In this document: positions 28,845 to 42,964 of the stretch, one piece after another | Position numbering within the stretch: position 1 is the stretch's first letter | Layout of the letters: each line of letters opens with the position of its first letter | Source of the DNA: Laetmonice hystrix | Taxonomy: Eukaryota | Reading direction: 5' to 3' | Assembly (NCBI GenBank): GCA_965235115.1 | Contig: OZ249437.1 | Coordinates: 23,126,001 to 23,190,000 of the forward strand | DNA length: 64,000 nt | Program-made: the position numbers and the translations under genes | The notes under the pieces: generated by a model | Told to the model about the DNA's origin: nothing | The model's database searches: none | The model's input: the letters and a program-made list of their open reading frames with translations, nothing else

Positions 28845-29845
28845 CATCCATCTCAATCCCCCACCGAGGATCTAACCATGGTCCTCAACATTAGGTGTCC
28901 CGTTCATGGTCCTCAACATTAGGGTGTCCCATCCATCCATCTCAATCCCCCACCGAGGATCTAACCTCATCTCAACCGAGATGGTCCTCAACATTAGGGT
29001 GTCCCATCCATCCATCTCAATCCCCCACCGAGGATCTAACCTAACCTCAACCGAGATGTTCATGGTCCTCAACATTAGGATGTCCCATCCATCCATCTCA
29101 ATCCCCCACCGAGGATCTAACCTCATCTCAACCGAGATGTTCATGGTCCTCAACATTAGGGTGTCCCGCTCATGGTCCTCAACATTAGGGTGTCCCATCC
29201 ATCCATCTCAATCCCCCACCGAGGATCCAACCATGGTCCTCAACATTAGGTGTCCCGCTCATGGTCCTCAACATTAGGGTGTCCCATCCATCCATCTCAA
29301 TCCCCCACCGAGGATCTAACCTAACCTCAACCGAGATGTTCATGGTCCTCAACATTAGGGTGTCCCATCCATCCATCTCAATCCCCCACCGAGGATCTAA
29401 CCTAACCTCAACCGAGATGGTCCTCAACATTAGGATGTCCCATCCATCCATCTCAATCCCCCACCGAGGATCTAACCATGGTCCTCAACATTAGGGTGTC
29501 CCGCTCATGGTCCTCAACATTAGGTGTCCCATCCATCCATCTCAATCCCCCACCGAGGATCCAACGTAACATCAACCGAGATGATCCTCAACATTAGGGT
29601 GTCCCATGGTCCTCAGAAAGGGACATCAAGCTGTCCCGCTCATAGTCCTCAGAAAGAGACATCAAGTTGTCCCGCTCGTGGTCCTCAGAAAGGGACATCA
29701 AGCTGTCCCGCTCATGGTCCTCAGAAAGGGACATCACGGTGTCCCGCTCGTGGTCCTCAGAAAGGGACATCAAGTTGTCCCGCTCATGGTCCTCAGACAG
29801 GGACATCACGGTGTCCCGCTCGTGGTCCTCAGAAAGGGACATCAA
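28845..29845. repeat. Modular composite array (28845-29605) grading into a 36-bp array (29606-29845)
   Basis: Shuffled modules ATGGTCCTCAACATTAGGGTGTCC / CATCCATCTCAATCCCCCACCGAGGATCTAACC / TCAACCGAGAT; the second array shares GTCCCGCTCATGGTCCTCA. Confidence 0.92.
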
Positions 29846-31178
29846 GGATTCATCGATTGCAGAGCTATTTTATTGGTACTCCACTGAAGTGGTACACATT
29901 ATGGTGGTCTCAGGAGTCGAGATGAATCACGAGTGTAATAGAAGGACTCGTTCCGTTCAGTTTAACTGTTTGCTACATGTTTTAGATGATAAGTCACGAT
30001 CATTTAAATCAGTAGAGTAAGGGGACATCACCAAACACCTGACAGTGAGAACACCCTCCCAACCTTCTCAGACATGAACTAAACCGACAACTGCTTACAC
30101 TCATCTTTTTATCTGCGGGAAAAGAAACTTGCGAAAGTTTTATGAAGCTAAAGATAAAATTAGCAAGGTGAGAGCCTCTAAACGAGTGGCCTTTTTGCTA
30201 GATTTATTTGTGCGAGTTTTTGTGTTATAATTGAACCCTTACAGCTGTGAGTGTAAGAGAGGGATCGAAAGGTCGGAGACGATGACATACTCGACAGATC
30301 CCTCCTGGCTCTGCCTCGACGAATCCCTTTCAAACATACCACTTACAACTCCACTTTTTTCATCTTTTTTTCTCTCTCCTTCCCCCTCCTCCTTGGTTTT
30401 TTTCTCGCATATGTTTTTCCCTATGGGTGTACACGCTGTACACGTGGAGTGGTGAGCCCGGGATATGTAAAGAAGTGCAAGTTTTGATAGAGTTACAGCC
30501 TGGGCTAATTATGTTGCATCTCATTACAAGACCGACTTGTGTAGCGGGGGTTGATGTCAACACCCCCACCAGGCCACCCCAGCGTTCATTTCTACACCCT
30601 GACCCGACCGGGTCACCAATTGTCACGGCGAAATGACATTTCTGTTGACGCTTTCAACGGCACCCAATGAAAACCACGTGGCTGCTACCGCCCCCCGCGC
30701 TCTCAAATCTCAAACATACCCCCCCCCCCCCCCCTTCTCACTGTCAAAGGACGTCGGTAGCTCTGCTCAGATATAAAATACGTAATCTATAACTAAGTCT
30801 GGCGCTAAAAGGGGCGGGAATGACAGACAGAGAGAGACAGGGAGACAGGGACAGAGAGGGAATGAGGCAGGTTTAGAGAGAGAGAGGACAGACAGAGAGA
30901 GCGAGAGAGAGAACGGCGGACTTTGACGACTTTGCCGACATTGTGACTGTGTGGGGTGACCCTCCCGGCCGGCGTTCTACCATGACACCCCATACCCTCC
31001 TCAATGGTTATAAGCTCGGGGTAAATAGATACCATTGAGAAACTGCTCTCCCTGCCAGTCAACTTGACACCAGCTAAATGACTAAGCCCTCAGAAGAGTT
31101 TTAGCATGGAACAGAAAGAAGTTGGCAAGATCTTGACAAGTCGGCCACGGAAAGAATGACCATGAATCAGGTCAGCAC

Positions 31179-31430
31179 ACTTGGATCTTTTAACATCAAA
31201 TATCAATAATAAATACTTGGATCTTTTAACATCAAATACCGATAATAAATACTTGGGTCTTTTAACATCAAATACCAATAATAAACACTTGGGTCTTTTA
31301 ACATCAAATACCGAAAATAAACACTTGGGTCTTTTAACATCACATACCGATAATAAATACTTGGATCTTTTAACATCAAATACCGATAATAAATACTTGG
31401 ATCTTTTAACATCAAATACCGATAATAAAT
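31179..31430. repeat. 36-bp unit, about 7 copies
   Basis: ACTTGGATCTTTTAACATCAAATACCGATAATAAAT. Confidence 0.93.
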
Positions 31431-31631
31431 GAAAGGATCTAAGAGACGATGAGTCTGTTGTGTCCAATCGGCTTTCAGAGTGTCACTTCCCCCTGCCGGA
31501 TTGTACTGAAACTGGGGCTAGTCTGACTAAACTGTCGTTGTTAGCGTACCTAACGGTGAATGGAAACCCCGTCGTTAATTATGTCGTTATTAACGAGGTA
31601 CCTAGCGAGGTTTCTGGACTGTGTGCATTGT

Positions 31632-31827
31632 ACACGACACTGGCTTCTTTTGTGGCCTGTGACACGACACTGCCTTATTTTGTGACCTGTGACACGACAC
31701 TGCCTTGTTTTGTGACCTGTGACACGACACTGTCTTATTTTGTGACCTGTGACACGACACTGTCTTATTTTGTGACCTGTGACACGACACTGTCTTATTT
31801 TGTGACCTGTGGCCTTGTTTTGTGACC
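31632..31827. repeat. 30-bp unit, about 6 copies
   Basis: TGTGACCTGTGACACGACACTGTCTTATTT. Confidence 0.92.
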
Positions 31828-32385
31828 GGGATGACGTTAAGACAAGGAATGCCTTGTGGAGTTTTACGGACTGGAACGGTCAGTTTGAGCTCCGAGCAGT
31901 GCCTGCCCACCTCACCGGACCCTGGGGCTGACCAAAGGTAACCAGTTCACACGGGCACAGGTTAATGAGTGACCACCCACCGACCACCTCACACTGCCCC
32001 TGGTGATAAGTAGGCCAAGGTCAAGGACACACCCATCCAATAAAACATTGCCAGAGGAACACAACTCTATACACACACAATGTTCATAGTCACTCTCCAG
32101 GGCATCGGAAATTTACGAATGGAAAAACTTTAACTGATCTGTCACTGAGTACCAAGTCTGGGAACTGTCTGTCTCTATCCTGGTTGTTGTCAATCCAACC
32201 CCCCCCCCCCCCCAAGTCCAACCTTTCTGCTCAAAAATCAACCAAACTGTCCTTCTGATTACAGGCATTCATTATTGGTGGCCGAAGTCTGTTTTGTTGG
32301 TGGTCCATGAGGGGGTACAACCCCAGACCCGCACTCCTACAATACTGGAGGAGGAGCGAGCTGAGAACCTGGGTGGAGAACGTCA

Positions 32386-33444
32386 ACATAACTCAAGTAT
32401 CTAATCACAGCCTCTACCGGTACACTCGACATAACTCAAGTATCTAATCAGGGCCTCACCGGTACACTCGACATAACTCAAGTATCTAATCAGGGCCTCT
32501 ACCGGTACACTCGACATAACTCAAGTATCTAATCAGCGCCTCTACCGGTACACTCGACATAACTCAAGTATCTAATCAGAGTCTCACCGGTACACTCGAC
32601 ATAACTCAAGTATCTAATCAGGGCCTCTACCGGTACACTCGACATAACCCAAGTATCTAATAAGGGCCTCTACCGGTACACTCGACATAACTCAAGTATC
32701 TAATCAGAGTCTCACCGGTACACTCGACATAACTCAAGTATCTAATCAGGGCCTCTACCGGTACACTCGACATAACTCTTGTATCTAGTCACAGCCTCTA
32801 CAGGTACACTCGACATAACTCAAGTATCTAATCAGGGCCTCTACCGGTACACTCGACATAACTCTTGTATCTAGTCACAGCCTCTACCGGTACACTCGAC
32901 ATAACTCAAGTATCTAATCATGGCCTCTGCCGGTACACTCAACATAACACAAGTATCTAATCAGGGCCTCTGCCGGTACACTCAACATAACTCAAGTATC
33001 TAATCAGGGCCTCTGCCGGTACACTCGACATAACTCAAGTATCTAATCATGGCCTCTACCGGTACACTCGACATAACTCAAGTATCTAATCAGGGCCTCT
33101 GCCGGTACACTCGACATAACTCAAGTATCTAATCAGGACCTCTACCGGTACACTCGACATAACTCAAGTATCTAATCAAGGTCTCTACCGGTACACTCGA
33201 CATAACTCAAGTATCTAATCAGGGTCTCTACCGGTACACTCGACATAACTCAAGTATCTAATCAGAGCATCTGCCGGTACATTCGACATAACTCAAGTAT
33301 CTAATCAGGGTCTCTACCGGTACCCTCGACATAACTCAAGTATTTAATCAGGGCCTCTACCGGTACACTCGACATAACTCAAGTATCTAATCAGGGTCTC
33401 TACCGGTACACTCGACATAACTCAAGTATCTAATCAGGGCCTCA
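32386..33444. repeat. Minisatellite, 43-bp unit, about 25 copies
   Basis: ACATAACTCAAGTATCTAATCAGGGCCTCTACCGGTACACTCG. Confidence 0.96.
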
Positions 33445-35501
33445 CTCCCGAGTTCTGTGAGAGTCATCAGAACGGGGCGGGGTTATAGGACCAGGAGCAG
33501 GTACTCTACCGGACCCGATCATCACGCCCTCTACCGGTACACCAACTCCTGAGTTCTGTGCTCGCCATCAGTCTGTGGATGGGTTTCACTTGGTTGGCCC
33601 GTTTCACGGTGTTTTATAGGTGAGAAATTTATAATACTCGCCAAGGCCCGAGGCGTGACCCCACACTGCTGTGGGGGTCAGCAACGCCAGAAGTGAAATT
33701 CCATGCTGATATAAAGAGGTTGTATAGAGTTCTCACCTGGCCTGCACAGCTGGGCTGAGAGGATCAAGGCCTACGTCAGCCATGACAAGGTTCTGTCAGT
33801 CCATTATGTTTGGAGACCCCCTGCAGGGTTCGGATCTCCTGTCTACACACCCTACGCCCTGCCACACACCACCAATACAAACCACTTGATGTGTCGTTGA
33901 TGTGACTCTATCTCAGGTGTAGCTGACTTCAAACCCGGCCACCATGGACCAATAAAACGTTTCTACTTGATCAATTCCTGTCCACAGGGCTAGCAGAGAT
34001 ACCTGCACATAACCCACCTGGAATCACCATGCCAATCAACCTGACCAGGTGATCTATTCACCTGGAAACTGTCGCATTGTGTCTGGTGTAGGGATCAATC
34101 ATTACTGTTTGTCTGTGCAAGGGCAGGGTGATGCCCTTGTCTATTGTCCGTCATGAATTGTTTGGGTTGCTCACTCGCTATGGTTTACTCTTATTGAAAT
34201 AGTCATAACACTTCGGCACACTAAGACTCAACCCGCGAGAATCCGCCGGCCCTCACTGAGGCTCTATACAACCCGCGGGTACCCGCGGCCTTCAGTGAGG
34301 TTCCATATCACCCGCGGCAGGTATCCTCGCATACATTGTATGAACTATGTTTGATAACAACGCTACCTGAACGTTGGTATTTGGTATAACGTCCCGGACT
34401 GGAACCGTTCTTATACGCTATAACTACTTCTGTCGGCTGGGACACTCGGTGAGTGAAAGGCAGTAAATAGTCGCCCATAAAGTAGGCCCTCTGGCAGTGG
34501 TTTTTTTGTTGTTGTTGTTTTTTTTGGGGGGTACGATGTCCTTTTAATATCACAGTTGAGTTCCCCCACGTCGGTACGACATGTACGTTACTCAAGTCTC
34601 GTAGCGTTACGTATTTATGATTGTAATGATGATAAATGATTTCATACCATCATCACGTCACTATACATACAACACATTGTGGCCCCTACCGGCATACATA
34701 TACAACTGTGGCTGGTCTGGGGCATTCAATAGTGACTCGTCTGAATTTATGTCAGTCATGTTAAAAGTCTAAACTCTTATATTATCAACGATCTGAGGCT
34801 GTAGGTGGAATTTTCTTTCGTTTTCTTATTTTTTACTTTTAACAATCTGTTGCATATGATTCTCCCTGATCGAGAATGAGGATAGGGAACCCTATTATTT
34901 CCTTTCGGCGTTATGCCAAGTGCCAGTTTTAGCTTCAGTCGGTTTCAGAAAAACTCGAGTATTTACAGCATGATCTATATAAATTTAAACGGTTTATCGT
35001 AAAAAAAACTTGACTTTGAGAGTCTGAAAGAACTGTGTGCGATCCACAATACCACAAATACCACCAAGTCGAAGTAAACCTATATAACTCCTAATAAATT
35101 CTAACATGCAAATGAATGCCAAGATGCCATAAAAAGAGATGATGCGGCACCTGGGACAAGGTGGGACAAGGTGGTGATAAGGTGTCAAAGAGATTCTCTG
35201 TCCTCAACTGGGACAACCCTTGCGGCGGCGCCTGCCTGTAGACCCCCCCCCCCCCCCCCACACACACACCAACTCTGGACCTTCACCTCACACTATCGCA
35301 AGCCATGACCGCTCAGCCTAAATAAATAAAACGTTTTTTTTTCTCCGAAAATTGTCCTCTTATACAGGGATTTTTCTTCTTGAAACGAAACAGGGCCAGG
35401 AAGCTTTAAAGGCGATAAACTGTTTGTGTTTGCGATGGTTAGAATTCAAAATATCAGGCGGTGTGCTGGGTGAGAGTTGGTGTTCACTTTGAGGTGACGA
35501 C

Positions 35502-36717
35502 GGTCGGTCGGTGGGCCGGTCGGTGGGTCGGTCGGTGGGTCGGTCGGTGGGCCGGTCGGTGGGTCGGTCGGTGGGCCGGTCGGTGGGCCGGTCGGTGGGC
35601 CGGTCGGTGGGCCGGTCGGTGGGTCGGTCGGTGGGCCAGTCGGTGGTCCGGTCGGTGGGCCAGTCGGTGGGCCGGTCAGTTGGTCGGCCGGTCGGTGGGC
35701 CGGTCGGTGGGCCGGTCGGTGGGCCGGTCGGTGGGCCGGTCGGTGGGCCGGTCGGTGAGTCAGTCGATGGGCCGGTCAGTTGGTCGGTCGGTGGGCCGGT
35801 CGGTGGGCCGGTCGGTGAGTCAGTCGATGGGCCGGTCAGTTGGTCGGTCGGTGGGCCGGTCGGTGAGTCAGTCGATGGGCCGGTCAGTTGGTCGGTCGGT
35901 GGGCCGGTCGGTGGGCCGGTCGGTGAGTCAGTCGATGGGCCGGTCAGTTGGTCGGTCGGTGGGCCGGTCGGTGAGTCAGTCGGTGGGCCGGTCGGTGGGC
36001 CGGTCGGTGGGCCGGTCGGTGGGCCGGTCGGTGGGTCAGTCGATGGGCCAGTCGATGGGCCGGTCAGTTGGTCGGTCGGTGGGCCGGTCGGTGAGTCAGT
36101 CGATGGGCCAGTCGGTGGGCCGGTCAGTTGGTCGGTCGGTGGGCCGGTCGGTGGGCCAGTCGGTGGTCCGGTCGGTGGGCCGGTCGGTGGGCCGGTCGGT
36201 GGGCCGGTCGGTGGGTCGGTCGGTGGGCCAGTCGGTGGTCCGGTCGGTGGGCCAGTCGGTGGGCCGGTCAGTTGGTCGGCCGGTCGGTGGGCCGGTCGGT
36301 GGGCCGGTCGGTGGGCCAGTCGATGGGCCGGTCGGTGGGCCAGTCGGTGGCCGGTCAGTTGGTCGGTCGGTGGGCCGGTCGGTGGGCCGGTCGGTGGGCC
36401 GGTCGGTGGTCCGGTCGGTGGGCCAGTCGGTGGCCGGTCAGTTGGTCGGTCGGTGGGCCGGTCGGTGGGCCGGTCGGTGGGCCAGTCGGTGGGCCGGTCC
36501 GTAGACAGGATGGTCTGTAGACAGGCCGGCCGGTAGACAGGTTGGTCCGTAGACAGGTCGGTCCGTAGACAGGCCGGTCTGTAGACAGGTCGGTCCGTAG
36601 ACAGGCCGGTCCGTAGACTGGCCGGTCCGTAGACTGGCCGGTCCGTAGACAGGCCGGCCGGTAGACAGACCGGTCTGTATACAGGCCGGTCCGTAGACAG
36701 GCCGGTCCGTAGACAGC
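35502..36717. repeat. CpG-rich 12-bp array (GGCCGGTCGGTG) grading into an about 16-bp array (GGCCGGTCCGTAGACA)
   Basis: Transition near 36496-36500. Confidence 0.96.
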
Positions 36718-37934
36718 CCCCCCCCCCCCCGACCCCAGGCCGTGAGGTACCGACAGTCTGCCGGCCGTGGACCGGGAGAGAGATCTCAAGGTATACCTCC
36801 CTCCCAGGTCTTTACTACCGTGTCAAGTGCTAACGTCACCGTCAATACACTATACAAACATACCTTAGGCTAGGCTCACACACAACAACTTGTTTAGATG
36901 GGGCAAAATGGTGCAATGCTGGTCAACCGTATCCTCAGAAAAAAAAAAAAAAAAAACAGAAAAGGAGGCTTCACAGGCGGCGTGTCTGCACCATTCAATA
37001 GTACCGCTGCCCCCCCCCCCCCCCGCCATCGTAGATTCCTGTGTGGGTTACCTACCCGAATCAACCGTTCTCGACCTCTATTTGAAATCATGTATCCGTA
37101 ATCGAAGATACACTTGGAGTATTAAACAGATATCTTTTAACAGACTACGGGGACTAAATAAAAGTAAATGTATCCCAAAGTTTTATTTGTAAGGAAGTCC
37201 CTGTGTATAGTACAAACTCCTGTGGCTGTCAAGAGATTACAACAGGTCATGAGAAGCTGTCCCCATACACAGCGTGTTAGAGAAGTGCCGGTGGCGACAC
37301 CCAGCGGCCAGGTCAGGTGGTAGGTACTCTGTGACAATGACCTCAGTGGGTCAGTTAATGAAGACACGGAGCCCAAACCACTCTGACCCCTGGAGCAGTC
37401 ACTGATCACTGCTCCACTGACCGTCAGAACTACTTTGAGGGAAATATGGCTACATCTCAGCTCATGTCCAACACATGCACCTCAAAAAGTAACCCACACC
37501 AGCCTGAAGGTGTGGCGCACTAAACCTTCTGCCCTCTCTCCAGGTATTTTAGCCTACAGAACGGCAAATGGTGCATAAACTGGGTGTGAAGATATGGCCT
37601 GCAGGCTGGCCACAGTCTGCCGGTTTACGGCCAATAAATCCAGGTCAATGTCCACTTTTTCCTAACCGTCAAGCTAAATGGAGGTCATCTACACAGCACT
37701 CAGAAGTCATTAGTGTGAAAGTCAAACAGTAAACGGTCACTTTTTTATGAACTGGTAGCCGTGAACAGCCCACTGAGTAAATGTTGATGGTCTGAGAGGG
37801 CACACGGTGGTGCAATATGATGGAAACGTTTCCGTATTTCACGGGCACAAGCCGGGAGGACAGCGGCATTTATCTAGATATGAGAAGAACTGCTGGCCAA
37901 TTTCTGGCCACCTCGCTGTGCTAGGTTAAACAGG

Positions 37935-38886
37935 GAGGGCGCAGACCTTGGCCTTGCCATGTAAACCCTGTGCTGTCAGTCAGGGTGCAGACCTTTGCTG
38001 TGCCATGTAAACCCTGTGCTGTCAGTGAGGGCGCAGAACTTGGCCTTGCCATGTAAACCCTGTGCTGTCAGTGGGGGCGCAGACCTTGGCTGTGCCATGG
38101 AAACCCTGTGCTGTCAGTGGGGGCGCAGACCTTGGCCTTGCCATGTAAACCTGTGCGGTCAGTGAGGGCACATACCTTGGCTGTGCCATGTAAACCCTGT
38201 GCTCTCAGTCAGGGTGCAGACCTCGGCTGTGCCACGTTAAACTTGTGCTGCTAGTGAGGGCGCAGACCTTAGTTGTGCCATGTCAACCCTGTGCTGTCAG
38301 TGGGGGCGCAGACCTTGGCTGTGCCATGTAAACCCTGTGCTGTCAGTGGGGGCGCAGACCTTGGCTGTGCCATGTAAACCCTGTGCTGTCATTGGGGGCG
38401 CAGACCTTGGCTGTGCCATGTAAACCCTGTGCTGTCATTGGGGGGCAGACATTGGCTGTGCCATGTAAACCCTGTGCTGTCATTGGGGGGGGGCAGACAT
38501 TGGCTGTGCCATGTAAACCCTGTGCTGTCAGTGAGGGCGCAGACCTTGGATGTGCCATGTAAACCCTGTGCTGTCAGTGAGAGCGCAGACCTTGGCTGTG
38601 CCATGTAAACCCTGTGCTGTCATTGGGGGGGGGGGGGCAGACCTTGGATGTGCCATGTAAACCCTGTGCTGTCAGTGAGAGCGCAGACCTTGGCTGTGCC
38701 AGGGAAACCCTGTGCTGTCAGTGAGGGCGCAGACCTTGGCTGTGCCAGGGAAACCCTGTGCTGTCAGTGGGGGGGGGGGCAGACCTTAGTTGTGCCATGT
38801 AAACCCTGTGTAAACCCTGTGCTGTCAGTGAGGGCGCAGACCTTGGCTGTGCCATGTAAACCCTGTGCTGTCAGTGAGGGCGCAGG
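37935..38886. repeat. Minisatellite, 46-bp unit, about 20 copies
   Basis: GCAGACCTTGGCTGTGCCATGTAAACCCTGTGCTGTCAGTGAGGGC. Confidence 0.95.
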
Positions 38887-39536
38887 TCCTCTGATAGCAG
38901 GCCGACTGGGGGACCCGTTATGACGCTGGCTGTTGCTACCAGTAGTGTGTTTGCCCTGTGCGAGGGGACACCTCCATCGCCTCCATGGAGGCCCTCCACG
39001 CGTCCCCCTGCCTCCTCCTACTCCTCCTGCTTCTGCTCCTCCTCCATCAACAACGGCCGACCCGCGCTACCTCCAACACCTGCCTCCATGAGCTTGAATA
39101 AAAAAAAAAAAAAAACCGGCAGCGAGGATGGATGAGTTGAGATCCATGGAGCTGTTCTCTGGCTCGGCTCAGAGCGACTTTTACTTTGTTTACACATGCT
39201 TTAGTTGTTGATGCTGCAGCCGCTCGCATTTATTCATCTTTTTCATTAAAAAAAATTGAAGGAGAAAAGAAGACTAGAACTGCAGCGTGATCATGGACGT
39301 TTTCTGGCCCGTCTGGCATGACGCTTTTATTGATTTTGACAGGTCATCCTCCTCTCCTCCACCTCCAATATCCATTTTGAGATCTAAACGAATTTGTATT
39401 GATCTTACAGACTATAAATTATGAGGGAAGAAAAAATGGCATTTCTGATTTTCTTCGAACTGCTCTCCTGCTGTGGACAAGCTCTCTGGTTTGCTCCTTA
39501 TCGTACCAGCGGCACCAAATACTGAGTCAGGGTTGT

Positions 39537-40287
39537 TGTGCAGCCAGAGTTCTAGCACTGGGGTCTTGTAAAATTTGTTGTGCAGCCAGTGGCGGACACA
39601 GTTCTAGCACCAGGGTCTTGTAAAATTTGCTGTGCAGCCAGTGGCGGACACAGTTCTAGCACCAAGGTCTTGTAAAATTTGCTGTGCAGCCAGTGGCGGA
39701 CACAGTTCTAGTACCAGGGTCTTGTAAAATTTGCTGTGCAGCCAGTGGCGGACACAGTTCTAGCACCAAGGTCTTGTAAAATTTGTTGTGCAGCCAGTGG
39801 CGGACACAGTTCTAGCACCAAGGTCTTGTAAAATTTGCTGTGCAGCCAGTGGCGGACACAGTTCTAGCACCAAGGTCTTGTAAAATTTGCTGTGCAGCCA
39901 GTGGCGGACACAGTTCTAGTACCAGGGTCTTGTAAAATTTGCTGTGCAGCCAGTGGCGGACACAGTTCTAGCACTAGGGTCTTGTAAAATTTGTTGTGCA
40001 GCCAGTGGCGGACACAGTTCTAGCACCAGGGTCTTGTAAAATTTGTTGTGCAGCCAGTGGCGGACACAGTTCTAGCACCAGGGTCTTGTAAAATTTGTTG
40101 TGCAGCCAGTGGCGGACACAGTTCTAGCACCAGGGTCTTGTAAAATTTGTTGTGCCGCCAGTGGCGGGCACAGTTCTAGCACCAGGGTCTTGTAAAATTT
40201 GTTGTGCAGCCAGTGGCGGACACAGTTCTAGCACCAGGGTCTTGTAAAATTTGTTGTGCAGCCAGTGGCGGGCACAGTTCTAGCACC
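39537..40287. repeat. Minisatellite, 52-bp unit, about 14 copies
   Basis: GTTCTAGC anchors at 39601 and 39653. Confidence 0.96.
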
Positions 40288-41180
40288 GCCTCCATGTAGA
40301 ACATGTAGATCAAGACCAGCAAACGTGTGTTCTTTGCAACCTCTGAACGTTTAATTCATGACAACATTTCACTTTAAGAGAGGATCCCTTGTGACCTGGT
40401 AATCTCAGACGGAGAGCAGGTGTGAGAGGTGAGGTAGGGGTTGTATGAGGTAGAGGTGAGTGTGTCACCCTCAACCCATCTCTGACCTACCTCCCACGCC
40501 TTACTCCGCCACACGCCCGCATACAAACACACATATGCCTCAAGTTTGGACATTTGAACTCGCTTTGCTTGGATTAAAGTTTTGCACTCGGGATCAGGGG
40601 GTATGGTAACAGTGGGGGTGATGTTCGCAGACCTCAGATAAGGGTCAAGACAGCAGGGCGGGGGTATAGGAGGGGAGGGTGTTTCAGAAGCCCCTGGCAC
40701 TGATGATCTAGGTCCCTAGGTCCGTCCGGAGGTTGGCCCCACGGGCACTTGGTTGTGTTTAGTTGTCCAGCCAAGCTTGCAGTTCAACTGGTCAGTTCCT
40801 TCTCCTCTCCCAATATTCTCACGTTCCGCATTCCCCCAGCTGATAATGCCAACAATCACGTCTCCTTCCCAGCGCTGGAATCCGACATCTCGGTGTCCTT
40901 ACCCCCCAGGCCGAGGTCGGAGAGGATGGAGTCCAGTCTTGTGTATACCGGGTAGACAAACATACACCCAGCCGGCCGGTCAGGTCCTGGCGGGTCGGTC
41001 CTGATCGGTCCTGGCGGGTCGGTCCTGATCGGTCCTGGTCCTGATCGGGCTCACCGTGGAGGAGAAGGTCCTGGCGAGGTCAGTGGTGGCTGTTATCTCA
41101 GGAAGTCCTCCAGGCACCAGCGACTGGCAAGCTTCCACCCTCCAGGTCCACCTCCATCTGCTCCTCTCAGACCTACCCTG

Positions 41181-41331
41181 CATACGGGGTTCGATCCCAC
41201 ATACTGGGTTCGATCCGACATACTGGGTTCAATCCCATATACGGGCTTCGATCCCACATACGGTGTTCGATCCCATATACGGGGTTCGATCCCACATACG
41301 GTGTTCGATCCCACATACGGGGTTCGATCCC
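41181..41331 (+). repeat. 19-bp tandem repeat x8, each unit carrying a Pol III B-box-like motif (G)GTTCGATCCC
   Basis: CATACGGGGTTCGATCCCA; 7 of 8 units match GTTCRATCC. Confidence 0.85.
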
Positions 41332-41959
41332 AGGAGGGGACCAGAGAACTTTTCTGTTTCCGGACATTCTGGAGGTGAACTGGGTTACGCCAGGGTTACG
41401 CCTGGGTTACGCCAGGGTCACGCCTGGACTACGCCTGGGTTACCCCTCGGTTACGCCTGATGCCCCTACACAGTGGAGATAGATTCTATTCTCTAGAAAA
41501 AAAAACACACATATGTCCACAGGGGCGGGTTCAGGATTTTGGTAAGAGGGGGTTGGTTAGGAGGGAAATTTTGCTAAGGGGATGGGAGATTATGCCCCTA
41601 ATCCATGGGGTTGATTCGAGAGGTACTTCCACTGCCATCAGAAAACATGTTATGAAAACAAGCCCGATTCCTTCCATGTGAGTGGAGCCCCGGTCTGTGG
41701 TAAATGTCCTGTTTTCATTCACTGACCCTTGTCTGGGTGAGAACACCTCAAACCGCTAGATCCTCCCGGCACTGATAACTGTGTCAGATGGGATTCAGGC
41801 AGCCAGCCATGTGAGACCCATCTGTGCGGAGATCGCCGCTAGATTCCAGGCACCAGCTGATAGGGCTGGTGTGGAGGATTCAGTCCGTGGCCTATTACTC
41901 TATCTCAAACCGTAACACCACTGACACAACATCCCAATCAGACACCAACCCCACCAATA

Positions 41960-42194
41960 TAACACATGGGGCATCGGTGCTAACACAGTGGGACTCGATG
42001 TTAACACATGGGGCATGGTGCTAACACAGTGGGACTCGATGTAACACATGAGGCATTGGTGCTAACACAGTGGGACTCGATGCTAACACATGGGGCATCG
42101 GTGCTAACACAGTGGGACTCGATGCTAACACATGGGGCATGGTGCTAACACATTGGGACTCGATGCTAACACATAGGGCATCGGTGCTAACACA
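41960..42194. repeat. About 42-bp unit, about 6 copies
   Basis: TAACACATGGGGCATCGGTGCTAACACAGTGGGACTCGATGC. Confidence 0.9.
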
Positions 42195-42275
42195 CTGGAC
42201 ATAAGGGATAACACATGGGACTACAATCACTCCATCCTTCTTGAGTTGGATCCAAGAACTCTACACACACTGTAC

Positions 42276-42964
42276 AAATATACATGTTCACTGGGACACC
42301 AAACATACATGTTCACTGGGACACCAAACATACATGTTCACTGGGACACCAAACATACATGTTCACTGGGACACCAAACATACATGTTCACTGGGACACC
42401 AAACATACATGTTCACTGGGACACCAAACATACATGTTCACTGGGACACCAAACATACATGTTCACTGGGACACCAAACATACATGTTCACTGGGACACC
42501 AAACATACATGCTCACTGGGACACCAAACATACATGTTCACTGGGACACCAAACATACATGTTCACTGGGACACCAAATATACATGTTCACTGGGACACC
42601 AAACATACATGTTCACCGGGACACCAAATATACATGTTCACTGGGACACCAAATATACATGTTCACCGGGACACCAAATATACATGTTCACTGGGACACC
42701 AAACATACATGTTCACCGGGACACCAAATATACATGTTCACTGGGACATATACATGTTCACTGGAACACCAAATATACATGTTCACTGGAACACCAAATA
42801 TACATGTTCACTGGGACACCAAATATACATGTTCAGTGGGACACCAAATATACATGTTTACCGGGACACCAAATATACATGTTCACTAGGACACCAAACA
42901 TACATGTTCACTGGGACATATACATGTTCACTGGAACACCAAATATACATGTTCACTGGGACAC
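42276..42964. repeat. Minisatellite, 25-bp unit, about 27 copies
   Basis: ATACATGTTCACTGGGACACCAAAC. Confidence 0.97.
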
